From positions 146,766-210,765 of the forward strand of contig DATGLG010000068.1 in the NCBI GenBank assembly GCA_035294245.1: a stretch of 64,000 nucleotides of DNA. The letters run 5' to 3'. Every line of letters begins with the position of its first letter. Position 1 is the stretch's first letter. This document shows positions 9,856-20,840 of the stretch, piece after piece. Both the position numbers and the translations under genes were made by a program. Origin of the DNA: Alphaproteobacteria bacterium. GTDB taxonomy: Bacteria > Pseudomonadota > Alphaproteobacteria > JACZXZ01. The notes beneath the pieces are model-generated. The model had not been told where the DNA came from. It saw nothing but the letters and a program-made list of their open reading frames with translations, and made no database searches.

Positions 9856-10899
9856 TTGCTGCGTCTCGCCAAGCTCTGTCTGTCCGCGGCGGCGGTGGCC
9901 GCGCTTTTCGCCTGCTCGCCCGATTACTCGCCGAACACCTATAGCAGCAGCGCCGTGCAGAAGGCCAACAAGGTCGAGCCGGGCGTCGTCATCGGCTTCC
10001 GCCAGGTCGAGATCAGCGCCAACGGCACCGTCGGCGCCGTGGCCGGCGGTGCGGCCGGTGGAATCCTCGGCGCGCAGGCCGATTCGGGCGGCATTTATTC
10101 CGCACTGGGCGGCGTCGGCGGCACGTTGGTGGGCAGCGTCGTCGGCACCACGATCGAGCACGCGACCGGCGATACCACGGGCTGGGAATACATCGTGCGC
10201 AAGCCCAATGGCGACCTGCTCTCGGTCACTCAGCGCGAGCCCGAGCCCATCCCGGTCGGACAGAAGGTCCTCGTCATCACCGGCGATCAGGCGCGCATCG
10301 TCCCCGACTACTCGGTGACGGTGAACGAGCCCGCAACGCCCTCTACGGGAAAGAAGGCCGAGGACAACGACAAGGAAAAAGAGAAAGAGAAGAGCAAGGC
10401 CGCCGCAACCAGCGCGACGCCGCCGGCGGCGGCCGTGACCGCGCCGGCCTCGGGTGCGCAGCCGCCGTCGAGCCCGGCGCCAGGCGCCGCACCGGCGACG
10501 CCGGCCGCGACGATTCCGAAGACCGTTCCCGCGACCCCGGCCGGGGCGCTGCCGGCCGTGACCGGCGTGCTGGGGCTTCCCAGCCCGGTCGGGACACCCC
10601 AAGCCGTTTCCCAGCCGATTCCGTTGACGCCGTCGAGCGCGGCCACGCCGGCACCCAGTGCAGCGACACCGGCCGAGACGCCCTCCGCTGCGAATCCGCC
10701 GGCCTCGAATTCGGCGCCGGCAAACGCAGCGTCTACACCCTCGGCATCGACATCCCCGCCGTCGCCGCCGGCATCGACGCCGAGTGTGTCGGCGCCTGCG
10801 GCCTCGGCACCCGCCCCCGCCCAGGCGCCGGGCCCGGCGCCTGGGAACGCACCATCGACGCCGTCAGACCAGCAAACGACACCGGCCGCCAATCCCTAG
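9856..10899 (+). CDS. Outer-membrane lipoprotein with a glycine-zipper (17-kDa antigen/SlyB-like) domain and a ~190-aa Pro/Ala/Ser/Thr-rich low-complexity tail
   Basis: ORF 9760..10899. Preferred TTG start at 9856 after a GAGGGGG RBS gives MLLRLAKLCLSAAAVAALFAC (lipobox LFA|C). Glycine zipper GAVAGGAAGGILGAQADSGGIYSALGGVGGTLVGSVVG. KEKEKEKSK followed by a (P/A/S/T)n tail to the stop. Confidence 0.55.
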   Translation: MLRLAKLCLSAAAVAALFACSPDYSPNTYSSSAVQKANKVEPGVVIGFRQVEISANGTVGAVAGGAAGGILGAQADSGGIYSALGGVGGTLVGSVVGTTIEHATGDTTGWEYIVRKPNGDLLSVTQREPEPIPVGQKVLVITGDQARIVPDYSVTVNEPATPSTGKKAEDNDKEKEKEKSKAAATSATPPAAAVTAPASGAQPPSSPAPGAAPATPAATIPKTVPATPAGALPAVTGVLGLPSPVGTPQAVSQPIPLTPSSAATPAPSAATPAETPSAANPPASNSAPANAASTPSASTSPPSPPASTPSVSAPAASAPAPAQAPGPAPGNAPSTPSDQQTTPAANP

Positions 10900-10922
10900 C
10901 CCCGGGTCGCGATACGGCGTCG

Positions 10923-11558
10923 TCACGCCGCGCTGCGACGCGCTTGCTCCTCCTTGTAGAGCGCCAACTCCTCGGCGAAGGCCTTGGCGACGCTCGGCCG
11001 CTCCTGCATGCGGCGGAAATAGGCCAGCACGGCCGGCCAGGACGAGAGATCGAGCCCGCTCGGCCGCGCCCAATTGAGCACCGTCACAAGATAGGCGTCG
11101 GCGACGGTGAAACGGTCGAGCAGAAACTCGCGGCCGTCGAGATGGGCAGCGAGATGGGCGAAGCGCGGCGGCGCCTTCTCGCGCGCGTAAGCCTTCGCTC
11201 CCTCCGGGCTCTTGCTGTCGAGCAGCGGCGTGAAGACGCGCTTGTGCAGCTCCGAGGTGATGAAGTTCAGCCATTGCTGCAAGCGGTAGCGCGGCAATCC
11301 GCTTGCGGGCGCCAGCCCGGCCTCGGGATAGCGGTCGGCGACGTATTGCAGCACCGCCGGGTTCTCGGTGAGCAGCTCGCCCGTGTCGAGGCGCAGCACC
11401 GGGACCTGCCCCATCGGGTTGACGGCGAGGAAATCCGTGCCGTCCTCGACGCGCTTCGCTTTCAGGTCGACATAGTGGTAATCGGCGACCGCGCCGGCCT
11501 CGTAGAGCGCGATCCGCGTGGCCATCGAGCAGGCGAGCGGAGCAAAATAGAGTTCCAT
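10923..11558 (-). CDS. Glutathione S-transferase
   Basis: 211 aa (MELYFAPLACSMATRIALYEAG...) with GST N- and C-terminal domains. Divergent from a TetR gene. Confidence 0.8.
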   Translation of the reverse strand: MELYFAPLACSMATRIALYEAGAVADYHYVDLKAKRVEDGTDFLAVNPMGQVPVLRLDTGELLTENPAVLQYVADRYPEAGLAPASGLPRYRLQQWLNFITSELHKRVFTPLLDSKSPEGAKAYAREKAPPRFAHLAAHLDGREFLLDRFTVADAYLVTVLNWARPSGLDLSSWPAVLAYFRRMQERPSVAKAFAEELALYKEEQARRSAA

Positions 11559-11709
11559 GGCATCCTCCTATAGAATCGTTCTTTCAAAGCGATCGGTTGA
11601 AGCGCATCCCCGTCACCGCGAGGATCAAGCGACGACGTGGTGACAGGTTGAGTGATTGTTTTTTGTACCGTCTCGTATAAAATTGTCGCGGTCAAGGATT
11701 TTTTGCGGA

Positions 11710-12378
11710 ATGGTACAAAAATTGGTACCGAGGCGGGGGCGCCCCCGCGCCTACGATCCCGACGCCGCCCTGGCGCGGGCGATGGAGACCTTCTGGGACG
11801 CGGGCTACGCCGCGACCTCCCTTGACGATCTCAGCGCGGCGACGGGAATGAATCGGCCGAGCCTTTACGGCGCCTTCGGCGACAAGCGCGCCCTCTATCT
11901 GGAGACCCTGGAGCGCTATCGCGCGGCGGCGCGCGCCGCCCTCAAGGAGACGCTCGCCGGGGACCGCCCGCTCCGCGAGGCGCTCCGCCACCTCTACGCG
12001 ACGGCCCTCGCCCTCTATTTTTCCGGCGAGCACGGTGCGCGCGGCTGCTATCTGATCGGCACGGCGGCGACGGAGGCCGTGCTCGATCCCGCGGTGCGCG
12101 CGGCCCTGGCCGAAGCCCTCGGCGAGATTGACGCGGCCATCGAGGCGCGCATCCGCTTGGCGCAGCGGCAGGGTGAGCTCCGCGCCGATGCCGATTCCGC
12201 TGCCTTGGCGAGGCTCGCCGCGGCCGTCCTCCACACGCTTGCGCTCCGCTCGCGCGCCGGTGAGCAACGCGCCGCTCTCGAGGCGACGGCCGCCGCCGGA
12301 ATCGATCTCATCTGCGGCCGGCCTGCCGTCAAGCCGGGATCGCGGCGACACCTGCGCCGCCGCGAGGGAAGCTCGTGA
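11710..12378 (+). CDS. TetR/AcrR-family transcriptional regulator
   Basis: ATG 11710 (MVQKLVPRRGRPRAYDPDAALARAMETFWDAGYAATSLDDLSAATGMNRPSLYGAFGDK: TetR HTH). ORF 11656..12378. Confidence 0.8.
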   Translation: MVQKLVPRRGRPRAYDPDAALARAMETFWDAGYAATSLDDLSAATGMNRPSLYGAFGDKRALYLETLERYRAAARAALKETLAGDRPLREALRHLYATALALYFSGEHGARGCYLIGTAATEAVLDPAVRAALAEALGEIDAAIEARIRLAQRQGELRADADSAALARLAAAVLHTLALRSRAGEQRAALEATAAAGIDLICGRPAVKPGSRRHLRRREGSS

Positions 12379-12419
12379 TTAACGTCCCTCATTTCGATTC
12401 CCCCTGTCGCCCCGGCCGA

Positions 12420-12477
12420 CCCCGGACCTGATCCGGGGGAAGCCCGGGCCCATGGCGCAATGGCATCATATGGGCCC
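12420..12477. terminator. Tandem GC-rich stem-loops immediately downstream of the TetR gene (terminator-like; no U-tract)
   Basis: Hairpin 1: CCCCGGA-cctga-TCCGGGG (12420-12438). Hairpin 2: GGGCCCAT-N16-ATGGGCCC (12446-12477). Read directly from the sequence. Confidence 0.3.
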
Positions 12478-12749
12478 CGGATCGCGCCGTGCTCCCGCAC
12501 GGCTTGTCCGGGGTGACGAATAAAACGGATGCAACTGTCGGATTCGCTCCACGAGGGTCCGATAAGGCTGCCTATCCTATTGCTGGAAGCGGCAACCCCG
12601 ATGCCGCTATAACCGTTCAGGCATTGCCGGCCGAGCGTCAGACGGCGCGAGCGAATTCGATATTCGTGGCGCTCCGTTGGGATTGTCGACCGCCTCCGCG
12701 TGGGCGGGAAATCGGGCCGGAATTGGCTTCAAAAGCGAGAGGATACGCA

Positions 12750-13229
12750 ATGGCGATTGCCAAGAACACGATCTGCCTATGGTACGACAAGGACGCAGAG
12801 GCTGCAGCCCGCTTCTATGCTGCGACGTTTCCCAACAGCTCGGTGGGCGCCATCCACCGCGCTCCCAGCGACTACCCGTCCGGCAAGGCGGGCGATGTGC
12901 TGACGGTCGAGTTCACCGTCGCCGGCATCCCCTGTCTCGGCCTCAATGGCGGCCCCGCGTTCAAGCATAACGAAGCCTTCTCGTTCCAGATCGCCACTGA
13001 TGATCAGCAGGAGACCGACCGCTACTGGAACGCCATCGTCGGCAATGGCGGCCAGGAAAGCGCGTGTGGTTGGTGCAAGGACAAATGGGGCGTCTCCTGG
13101 CAAATCACGCCGCGCGTGCTGACCGAGGCGCTCGCTGCCGGCGGCGATGAAGCAAGGCGCGCATTTGAAGCGATGATGGAGATGAAGAAAATTGACGTCG
13201 CCGCGATCGAGGCGGCGCGGCGCGGCTGA
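12750..13229 (+). CDS. VOC (glyoxalase/bleomycin-resistance) family protein, PhnB/3-demethylubiquinone-9 3-methyltransferase-domain-like
   Basis: ATG 12750 (MAIAKNTICLWYDKDAEAAARFYAATFPNSSVG...) with a GAGAGGA RBS. This is the coding C-terminal part of ORF 12489..13229. Confidence 0.6.
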   Translation: MAIAKNTICLWYDKDAEAAARFYAATFPNSSVGAIHRAPSDYPSGKAGDVLTVEFTVAGIPCLGLNGGPAFKHNEAFSFQIATDDQQETDRYWNAIVGNGGQESACGWCKDKWGVSWQITPRVLTEALAAGGDEARRAFEAMMEMKKIDVAAIEAARRG

Positions 13230-13245
13230 GGGATCCTTTATCCCT
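13229..13245. terminator. Short bidirectional hairpin between convergent genes, overlapping both stop codons
   Basis: AGGGAT-ccttt-ATCCCT, a 6-bp stem, between the VOC stop (13227-13229) and the permease stop (13244-13246). Confidence 0.3.
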
Positions 13246-13906
13246 AAGCCGTCCCGGCGATGCGGCGCGCCGTGCGCGCCTCGAGCCGGCGTACCCAGCG
13301 GCTCAGGGCGAAGCAGATGACGAAATACATGACCGCGAGCGCCGTGTAGAGCGCGATCGGCCGCTGCTCCCGGGCGTTGATGATGTTGGTGGATTGAAAC
13401 ACGTCGGAGACGCCGATGATGCTGGCGATCGTCGAATCCTGAAACGCGATGATGCTCTGGGTCAGGAGCGACGGCACCATGCGGCGGAGCGCCTGGGGCA
13501 GGATGATGAAGACCGTCACCTGAGCCGGCGTCAGCCCCGTGGCGAGGCCGGCGAGTCGCTGCCCCACGGCGATGGATTGGATGCCCGCGCGCACGATCTC
13601 GGTGAAATAGGCGACCTCGAAGGCGGCGAGCGCCACGAGCGCGGCGTCGTAGGCCGAGCTCGGGCGGCCGGTGATCATCGGTCCCGTGTAATACGCCCAG
13701 AACATGATCATGAGGAGCGGGCTGCTGCGCAGGACATTCACGTAAGCGGTGACGGGATAATGGACGAGAGGAAAGCGCGAGAGGCGCCCCACCGCGAAGA
13801 GGCAGGCGATCGGCAGCGCGATGGCGACGGCGCTGATCGTGAGGCGCAGGTTGTAGACGACGAAGGCGAAGAGGAGCGTGCCCAGATTGTCGAGAAGCGC
13901 TATCAT
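13244..13906 (-). CDS. Polar amino-acid ABC transporter permease (HisM/GlnP family)
   Basis: MIALLDNLGTLLFAFVVYN... with an EAA-like loop. Start codon 13904-13906 overlaps the upstream permease stop (ATGA). It is the coding part of the longer ORF 13244..14608. Confidence 0.8.
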   Translation of the reverse strand: MIALLDNLGTLLFAFVVYNLRLTISAVAIALPIACLFAVGRLSRFPLVHYPVTAYVNVLRSSPLLMIMFWAYYTGPMITGRPSSAYDAALVALAAFEVAYFTEIVRAGIQSIAVGQRLAGLATGLTPAQVTVFIILPQALRRMVPSLLTQSIIAFQDSTIASIIGVSDVFQSTNIINAREQRPIALYTALAVMYFVICFALSRWVRRLEARTARRIAGTA

Positions 13907-14625
13907 CCCTGCCCGCTCCCGCGGCGAAGGAAGCCCGGCACGCGCGTGTGGCGCTCCACGACGGCCATGATCCCCGCGACGCTCCAGGCGCAGGCGAGAT
14001 AGACGCCCGTGCCGAGGGTATTGGACTCGATCCAATGGAAGGTCTGGAAGCCGATCTCCTGGGTGAGATAGGAGGTCTCGACCACGCCGACGGTCATCGC
14101 CAGGGACGAGCTCTTGAAGACCGTGACGAATTCGGAGGTGAGGCTCGGCACGATGACGCGCAGCAGGAGGGGCGCGATGACATAGCGCTGCGCCTGCCAC
14201 CAGGTGAGCCCGGTCGAGAGAGCGCCCCATCGCACCTGGCGGCTCACCGCATTGAGCCCGGCGCGCACATGCTCGGCGACTTTCGCCGAGGTATAGAGCG
14301 AGAGCGTGAGGATGGCGCTGCCCATCTCCCAGCCGAGATGGAAGAGCTCCCGCCGCAGGGGCATCGGCAGGAGGCGCGGCAGCACGTAATAGACGAAGAA
14401 GAGCTGCACCAGGAGCGGGATGTTGCGGAAGATCTCGACATGAGCTGCCGCGAGAAGGCGGACGCTGCGATGGGGCGATTCGCGCGCGAGGCCGGCAAGG
14501 GTGCCAATGACGAGCGCCAGGACCCACGAGGCGAGGGAAAGCTCGATCGTCGTCAGCACCGCATTCAGCACCATCTCGCCATAGGGCTCGCGCCACAGCA
14601 CCGACCAATCGAGTCCCGCCGGCAT
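13903..14625 (-). CDS. Polar amino-acid ABC transporter permease (HisQ family)
   Basis: 240 aa, multi-TM, part of the His/Gln-type permease pair. 4-nt overlap with the downstream permease. Confidence 0.8.
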   Translation of the reverse strand: MPAGLDWSVLWREPYGEMVLNAVLTTIELSLASWVLALVIGTLAGLARESPHRSVRLLAAAHVEIFRNIPLLVQLFFVYYVLPRLLPMPLRRELFHLGWEMGSAILTLSLYTSAKVAEHVRAGLNAVSRQVRWGALSTGLTWWQAQRYVIAPLLLRVIVPSLTSEFVTVFKSSSLAMTVGVVETSYLTQEIGFQTFHWIESNTLGTGVYLACAWSVAGIMAVVERHTRVPGFLRRGSGQG

Positions 14626-14644
14626 GCGCGCGCCCTCGCGCCGC

Positions 14645-15613
14645 TCAGCGCGGCGGCCAGGCGTTCATGACGACGAGCGTCTTGAGAGCCTCCGTCTGGG
14701 GAAACGGCGCCACGCCCTGCGGGCCGAAATATTTCTCGTAGAGCTTGTCCCAGCCGCCGCTCGCGCAGAGCCGCACGATGGTGAGGTCGACGATGCGCTT
14801 GAATTTCGAGCTCTCGGGCCGCAGCGGAAAGGCTTGCAGGAAGGTGTTGATCCCGGGATCGAAGACCCGCCATTTCGCCTTGTCCGCCGCCTTGTCCTTC
14901 ATGCCATAGAGGATGGGTCCGTCGGAGCTATAGGCGTCGATGGAGCCCGTTTGCAGTGCGGTGAAGCCCTGGGGATGGTCGGGGAAGCCGACGGTCGTGA
15001 CCGGCGGCTTGAGCCTCCCCTTCGCGTTGAGCTCGCGATAGGCCGCCTCCTCGAGCCCGCCCTGGGGAACGCCGATCCGCTTGCCCGCAAGGTCGGCAAG
15101 GGACTTGATCGGGCTGTCCGCCGGCACCAGCACCTCGGTCGCGGTGAGGAAGTCGGGCACGGAGAAGTCGACGACCTCGACGCGCGCCTGGGTGACGACC
15201 GTGGCACCCGCCTCCATGTCGATGGTGCCGTTCTGCAGCAGGGGAATGCGCGTCTCGCTCGTCACCGGGATGTAGTTGAGCTTGATCGAGCTTCCCAGCG
15301 CCTTCTCGACATTGGCGTGGATGGCCTGGGCGATCTCCGTCGCGAAGCCCACATATTTGCCCGCGGCGTCCTTGTAGCCGTAAGGCGGCGTCGCCTCGCG
15401 GGCGCCGAGGTTGAAGACGCCGGTGCGCTTGATCCGATCGAGCGTGTCCTCGCTGCCGGTCGCCCCTTGAGCCCGCGCGGCCCCCGGCATCGCCAGAGCC
15501 CCGAGACCGAGCCCGGCCGAGGCGACGAATCGCCGCCGGCTCACCATTCCTGCCGGTGCCGCCGTGTTGCTGTCTTTTCGCTTTGTCATGTGAGCCTCCC
15601 GTTCAATATTCAT
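14645..15613 (-). CDS. Amino-acid ABC transporter substrate-binding protein (family 3)
   Basis: Tat-like signal (RRRFVASAGLGLGALAMPGAARA) followed by a PBP type-II fold. An alternative start is at 15589 (MTKRKD). Confidence 0.8.
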   Translation of the reverse strand: MNIEREAHMTKRKDSNTAAPAGMVSRRRFVASAGLGLGALAMPGAARAQGATGSEDTLDRIKRTGVFNLGAREATPPYGYKDAAGKYVGFATEIAQAIHANVEKALGSSIKLNYIPVTSETRIPLLQNGTIDMEAGATVVTQARVEVVDFSVPDFLTATEVLVPADSPIKSLADLAGKRIGVPQGGLEEAAYRELNAKGRLKPPVTTVGFPDHPQGFTALQTGSIDAYSSDGPILYGMKDKAADKAKWRVFDPGINTFLQAFPLRPESSKFKRIVDLTIVRLCASGGWDKLYEKYFGPQGVAPFPQTEALKTLVVMNAWPPR

Positions 15614-15642
15614 ATCCGCCGAGCCTTCGCCGGGCGGCGGAG

Positions 15643-16380
<738 letters not shown>

Positions 16381-16433
16381 CCGACTCCCTTGCCGCGCCC
16401 CACGGGCGCAGCGCTAAAAATCACGGCCCCATT

Positions 16434-17696
16434 CTAAGCGAAGCGGCCGGGCCGGAAAGGCGCGAGGTCGAGGCCGGCGGGCCGGCCCGCGACGAGTGCC
16501 GCGATCACCCTCCCCGTCATCGGCGCCCCGGTCATGCCGACATGGCCATGGCCGAAGGCATAGAGCACGTCCGGGGAGCGGCGCGACGGGCCGAGCACCG
16601 GCAGGGAATCGGGCAGGCTCGGCCGGTGGCCCATCCAAACGGAGAGGCGCGCCGGCGAATAATGCGCGGCGAGGCCGGGAAAGAGGCGGCGGCCTTGCGT
16701 GAGCAGCATATGGGCGCGACGCCAATCCGGCGCCGCCTTAAGCCCGGCCAGCTCGACCGTGCCCGCGAAACGCAGCCCGCTCGCCATTGGCGTGACGACG
16801 AACTTGCCCTCGGCATCGTTGGTGGGCACGCGCGGTGCGACTTCCGGGTCGCGAATCATCAGGTGATAGCCGCGCTCGGTCTCGAGCGGCACATCATCAC
16901 CGAGGGCCGCAGCCAGGCGCTTGGAATAGGCGCCCGCCGCCACCACCGCGGCATCCGCCGGCAGCTCTCCCGCCTCGGTGCGGATGGCGCGCAGTCGCGC
17001 GCCGTCGAGAGCGAAGCCGAGCGCGCGGGTGGCGTGGAGCGTGCCGCCGCGGCGCTGGAAGGCCTCGGCGAGCCTGGCGACCAGCCCCTGGGGATCAACC
17101 GTGTGCCCGTTCGCGGTGAAGAGGACGCCGCGGGTATAGTCGCGCGAGAGCGCGGGATCGAACTGGCGCAGCGCGTCGGCATCGAGGGTTTCCCAAGTGA
17201 TGCCGTTGCGCCGGCGCAGCTCGAGCGCCGCGTGATCCTTGGCCAGCGCCCCGTCGGAGCGATAGACCACGAGATGGCCGAGGCGGCGGACGAGGTCCTG
17301 AGCGCCGGCCTCCTTCACCAGCGGCGCGAGCGCCTCCAGGCATGGGCCCAGGAGCCCGGCCAGGGCGCGCGCCTGGGCTTCGACCCGCCCTGGGGTTCCG
17401 GCGCGAATGAAGCGGATGAGCCACGGGGCGAGGGTCGGCAGATAGCGCCAGCGGATTGCCAGCGGTCCCAAAGGATCGCGAAGCCAGCCCGGCACCTTGC
17501 GCAGGGTCCCCGGCATGGCCATGGGCACGATCGAGGAGGAATTGAAGCAGCCGGCATTGCCGAAGGAGGCACCGCGGCCCGGCGGGTCGGGGTCGACGAC
17601 GAAGACCTCGTGCCCGTCGCGCTGAAGATAGCTCGCCGTGGCGATCCCGACGATCCCGGCGCCGATGACGCCGACCCTCTTCCGCGACCCTGTCAT
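16434..17696 (-). CDS. FAD-dependent oxidoreductase, D-amino-acid dehydrogenase (DadA)-like
   Basis: N-terminal GxGxxG (VGVIGAGIVGIATASYL) and a DAO-family body. First gene of the amino-acid ABC operon. Confidence 0.75.
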   Translation of the reverse strand: MTGSRKRVGVIGAGIVGIATASYLQRDGHEVFVVDPDPPGRGASFGNAGCFNSSSIVPMAMPGTLRKVPGWLRDPLGPLAIRWRYLPTLAPWLIRFIRAGTPGRVEAQARALAGLLGPCLEALAPLVKEAGAQDLVRRLGHLVVYRSDGALAKDHAALELRRRNGITWETLDADALRQFDPALSRDYTRGVLFTANGHTVDPQGLVARLAEAFQRRGGTLHATRALGFALDGARLRAIRTEAGELPADAAVVAAGAYSKRLAAALGDDVPLETERGYHLMIRDPEVAPRVPTNDAEGKFVVTPMASGLRFAGTVELAGLKAAPDWRRAHMLLTQGRRLFPGLAAHYSPARLSVWMGHRPSLPDSLPVLGPSRRSPDVLYAFGHGHVGMTGAPMTGRVIAALVAGRPAGLDLAPFRPGRFA

Positions 17697-17759
17697 CAGG
17701 GCTCGTCCCTCTCTCTGCCGATCATCGGTGCCACGGGCGCTGCCCGTGACCGCCGCCGA

Positions 17760-18278
17760 TCAGGCCGTGCCGGCGCTGCAGAGCTCCCAGCCGCCCGACT
17801 GGTGAGCGTAGAGAAGAATGTAGCGCTTGTCGCCGGAATGATCGACCAGCACCCGGAGATGATCCCCCGTGCAGGCGCCGGCGGCCTTGCCCGGCGCCGG
17901 CAAGTGCTTGGCCGCAGCACAGGTCGCGACGCTCTTGGGCAGGCTTGCCGCCTCGGCGGGGCGCGCGCCGTTGAGGGTGACGAAATAGGTTTCGACCTGG
18001 CCGCCCTTGACCGTCCCCTTCACGACGATGCGGCCGAAGCGGGACTTGTAGAGGCCGGCATCCTGGTCGCCGTCGTTGAGGCCCTGGGGCAGCGGCCGGA
18101 ACGTGATCGCGGCGCAGGCGGGCGGCTCTTTCGCCTTCGACCAGGCCGAAGTACCCGGCAGCAGCAGCGCCAAGGCGGCAGCCGCGAGGCCGGTCGCCGC
18201 GGCCGCGCTGCACAGGCGACGGCGAAGAGCGCGCGTGGCGCGCATGCGATTCCGGTGGTGCTCGTCGATGACGGCCAT
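17760..18278 (-). CDS. Hypothetical secreted protein (signal peptide, several Cys)
   Basis: Preferred start 18276-18278 (MAVIDEHHRNRMRATRALRRRLCSAAAATGLAAAALALLLPGTSAW) after a GGGGAGGAAG RBS. No recognisable domain. The ORF track lists 17760..18374. Confidence 0.4.
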   Translation of the reverse strand: MAVIDEHHRNRMRATRALRRRLCSAAAATGLAAAALALLLPGTSAWSKAKEPPACAAITFRPLPQGLNDGDQDAGLYKSRFGRIVVKGTVKGGQVETYFVTLNGARPAEAASLPKSVATCAAAKHLPAPGKAAGACTGDHLRVLVDHSGDKRYILLYAHQSGGWELCSAGTA

Positions 18279-18430
18279 CTCTTCCTCCCCTTCAGTCGCG
18301 GCGATCGATTGCGATTCGCCGCCAAGGAGTGTTCGGCAAATCCGGCCTTCGCGCAAGGCCCCGATGCACCGCATCGCCTCGTCGCCGATCGGCTGCTGAT
18401 TTCGCGCGCCGGGGACGCCATAATGGGCTC

Positions 18431-19654
18431 ATGCACGACGCGCGTACGACCGAGCTCGTTGCCTGGCTTACCGAAGCAGGATTGGCAGGCCGTTCCGAGC
18501 GGGATCTGCTTGAGGGCTTCTGCGAGCGCGTTGTCGCCGCCGGCCTGCCGCTCGGCCGAGTCCAGCTCGTCGTCGATACCCTGCACCCCGTCTATGAGGG
18601 CCGCGTGGTCCGCTGGCAGCAGGGTGAGGCGGTGACCACCGTCTCGGAATATGGCCGCTCGAACGAGGAAGGCCCGGCGGCGGTCGCCTGGCGGAGCAGC
18701 CCGTTCTACCATCTCCTGCAATCGGGCGAGTCGATGCTGCATTGCCGCCTTGACGGCGAATCGCCTTACGACTTCCCGATCTTCGTGGAGCTGCGCGACG
18801 CCGGCATGACCGACTACATCGGAATCGTGACGCGCTTCAGCGAGGGCGGCGTGATCGGCGAGATGGACTGCGTCATGACATCCTGGGCCACCGCGGCGCC
18901 GGCCGGCTTCGAGGAGGCGCATCTCGCGGCGATTCGCGCGCTGGCGCCGTCGCTCGCCTTGGCGGTCAAATGCGTCTCGCTCGGCCAGATCGCTGGCACG
19001 CTGGTCGAGACCTATCTCGGGCGCGATGCCGGGCGGCGCGTCTTGAGCGGCCGCATCATGCGCGGCATCGCCGAGCGGATCGGCGCCGTGCTCTGGTTCA
19101 GCGATCTCCGCGGCTATACCCGGATTACCGACACGGCACCGCCCGAGCAGATCATTCCGCTGCTCAACGATTACGCCGAGGCGGTGATCTCGGCGATCCA
19201 CGATGCAGGCGGCGACGTGCTCAAGCTGATGGGCGACGGCATCCTCGCCATCTTCCGCGCCGAGGAGCGCCAGCGCGCCTGCAATGCTGCGCTTGCCGCC
19301 GCCTCGGCGGCCCGCCGCAACATCGACGAGCTCAACCGCCGCCGCGCCCAGGGCGGCCTTCCCACCACCCACATGTATCTCGGCCTCCACGTCGGCGAGG
19401 TGTTCTACGGCAATGTCGGCAGCAAAGACCGCCTCGACTTTACGGTGGTCGGCCCCGCCGTGAACGAGGTGAGCCGCATCGCCGCGATGTGCCGCTCGGC
19501 GGACCAGGAGGTCCTCCTCTCCGATGCCTTCGTCGCTGCGGCGGGTGAGGAGCGCGGGCGCATCGTCTCGGTCGGGCGCTACGCGCTGCGCGGCGTCGGG
19601 CGGCCGCAGGAGCTCTTCACCCTCGAGCCGGAGCCGGAGCCCGAGGCCGGCTGA
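18431..19654 (+). CDS. Class III adenylate/guanylate cyclase with an uncharacterised ~200-aa N-terminal domain
   Basis: ATG 18431 (MHDARTTEL...). C-terminal CYTH-unrelated class III cyclase core (LWFSDLRGYTRITD..., GDGILAIF, FYGNVGS...DFTVVGPAVNEVSRI). Confidence 0.8.
   Translation: MHDARTTELVAWLTEAGLAGRSERDLLEGFCERVVAAGLPLGRVQLVVDTLHPVYEGRVVRWQQGEAVTTVSEYGRSNEEGPAAVAWRSSPFYHLLQSGESMLHCRLDGESPYDFPIFVELRDAGMTDYIGIVTRFSEGGVIGEMDCVMTSWATAAPAGFEEAHLAAIRALAPSLALAVKCVSLGQIAGTLVETYLGRDAGRRVLSGRIMRGIAERIGAVLWFSDLRGYTRITDTAPPEQIIPLLNDYAEAVISAIHDAGGDVLKLMGDGILAIFRAEERQRACNAALAAASAARRNIDELNRRRAQGGLPTTHMYLGLHVGEVFYGNVGSKDRLDFTVVGPAVNEVSRIAAMCRSADQEVLLSDAFVAAAGEERGRIVSVGRYALRGVGRPQELFTLEPEPEPEAG
19636..19652. 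terminator. Bidirectional hairpin between the convergent cyclase and ABC ATPase genes
   Basis: GGCCGGC-tga-GCCGGCC, a 7-bp GC stem with a 3-nt loop, overlapping the cyclase stop. Confidence 0.3.
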
Positions 19655-19675
19655 GCCGGCCGCGGGGGAAGCGCA

Positions 19676-20773
<1,098 letters not shown>

Positions 20774-20840
20774 GCGTAACGCTCCTGTTCCGTCTTGACG
20801 CGCCGCTTTCACGCGCGGCCGTTCTCGTTTCCGTCTCGGA

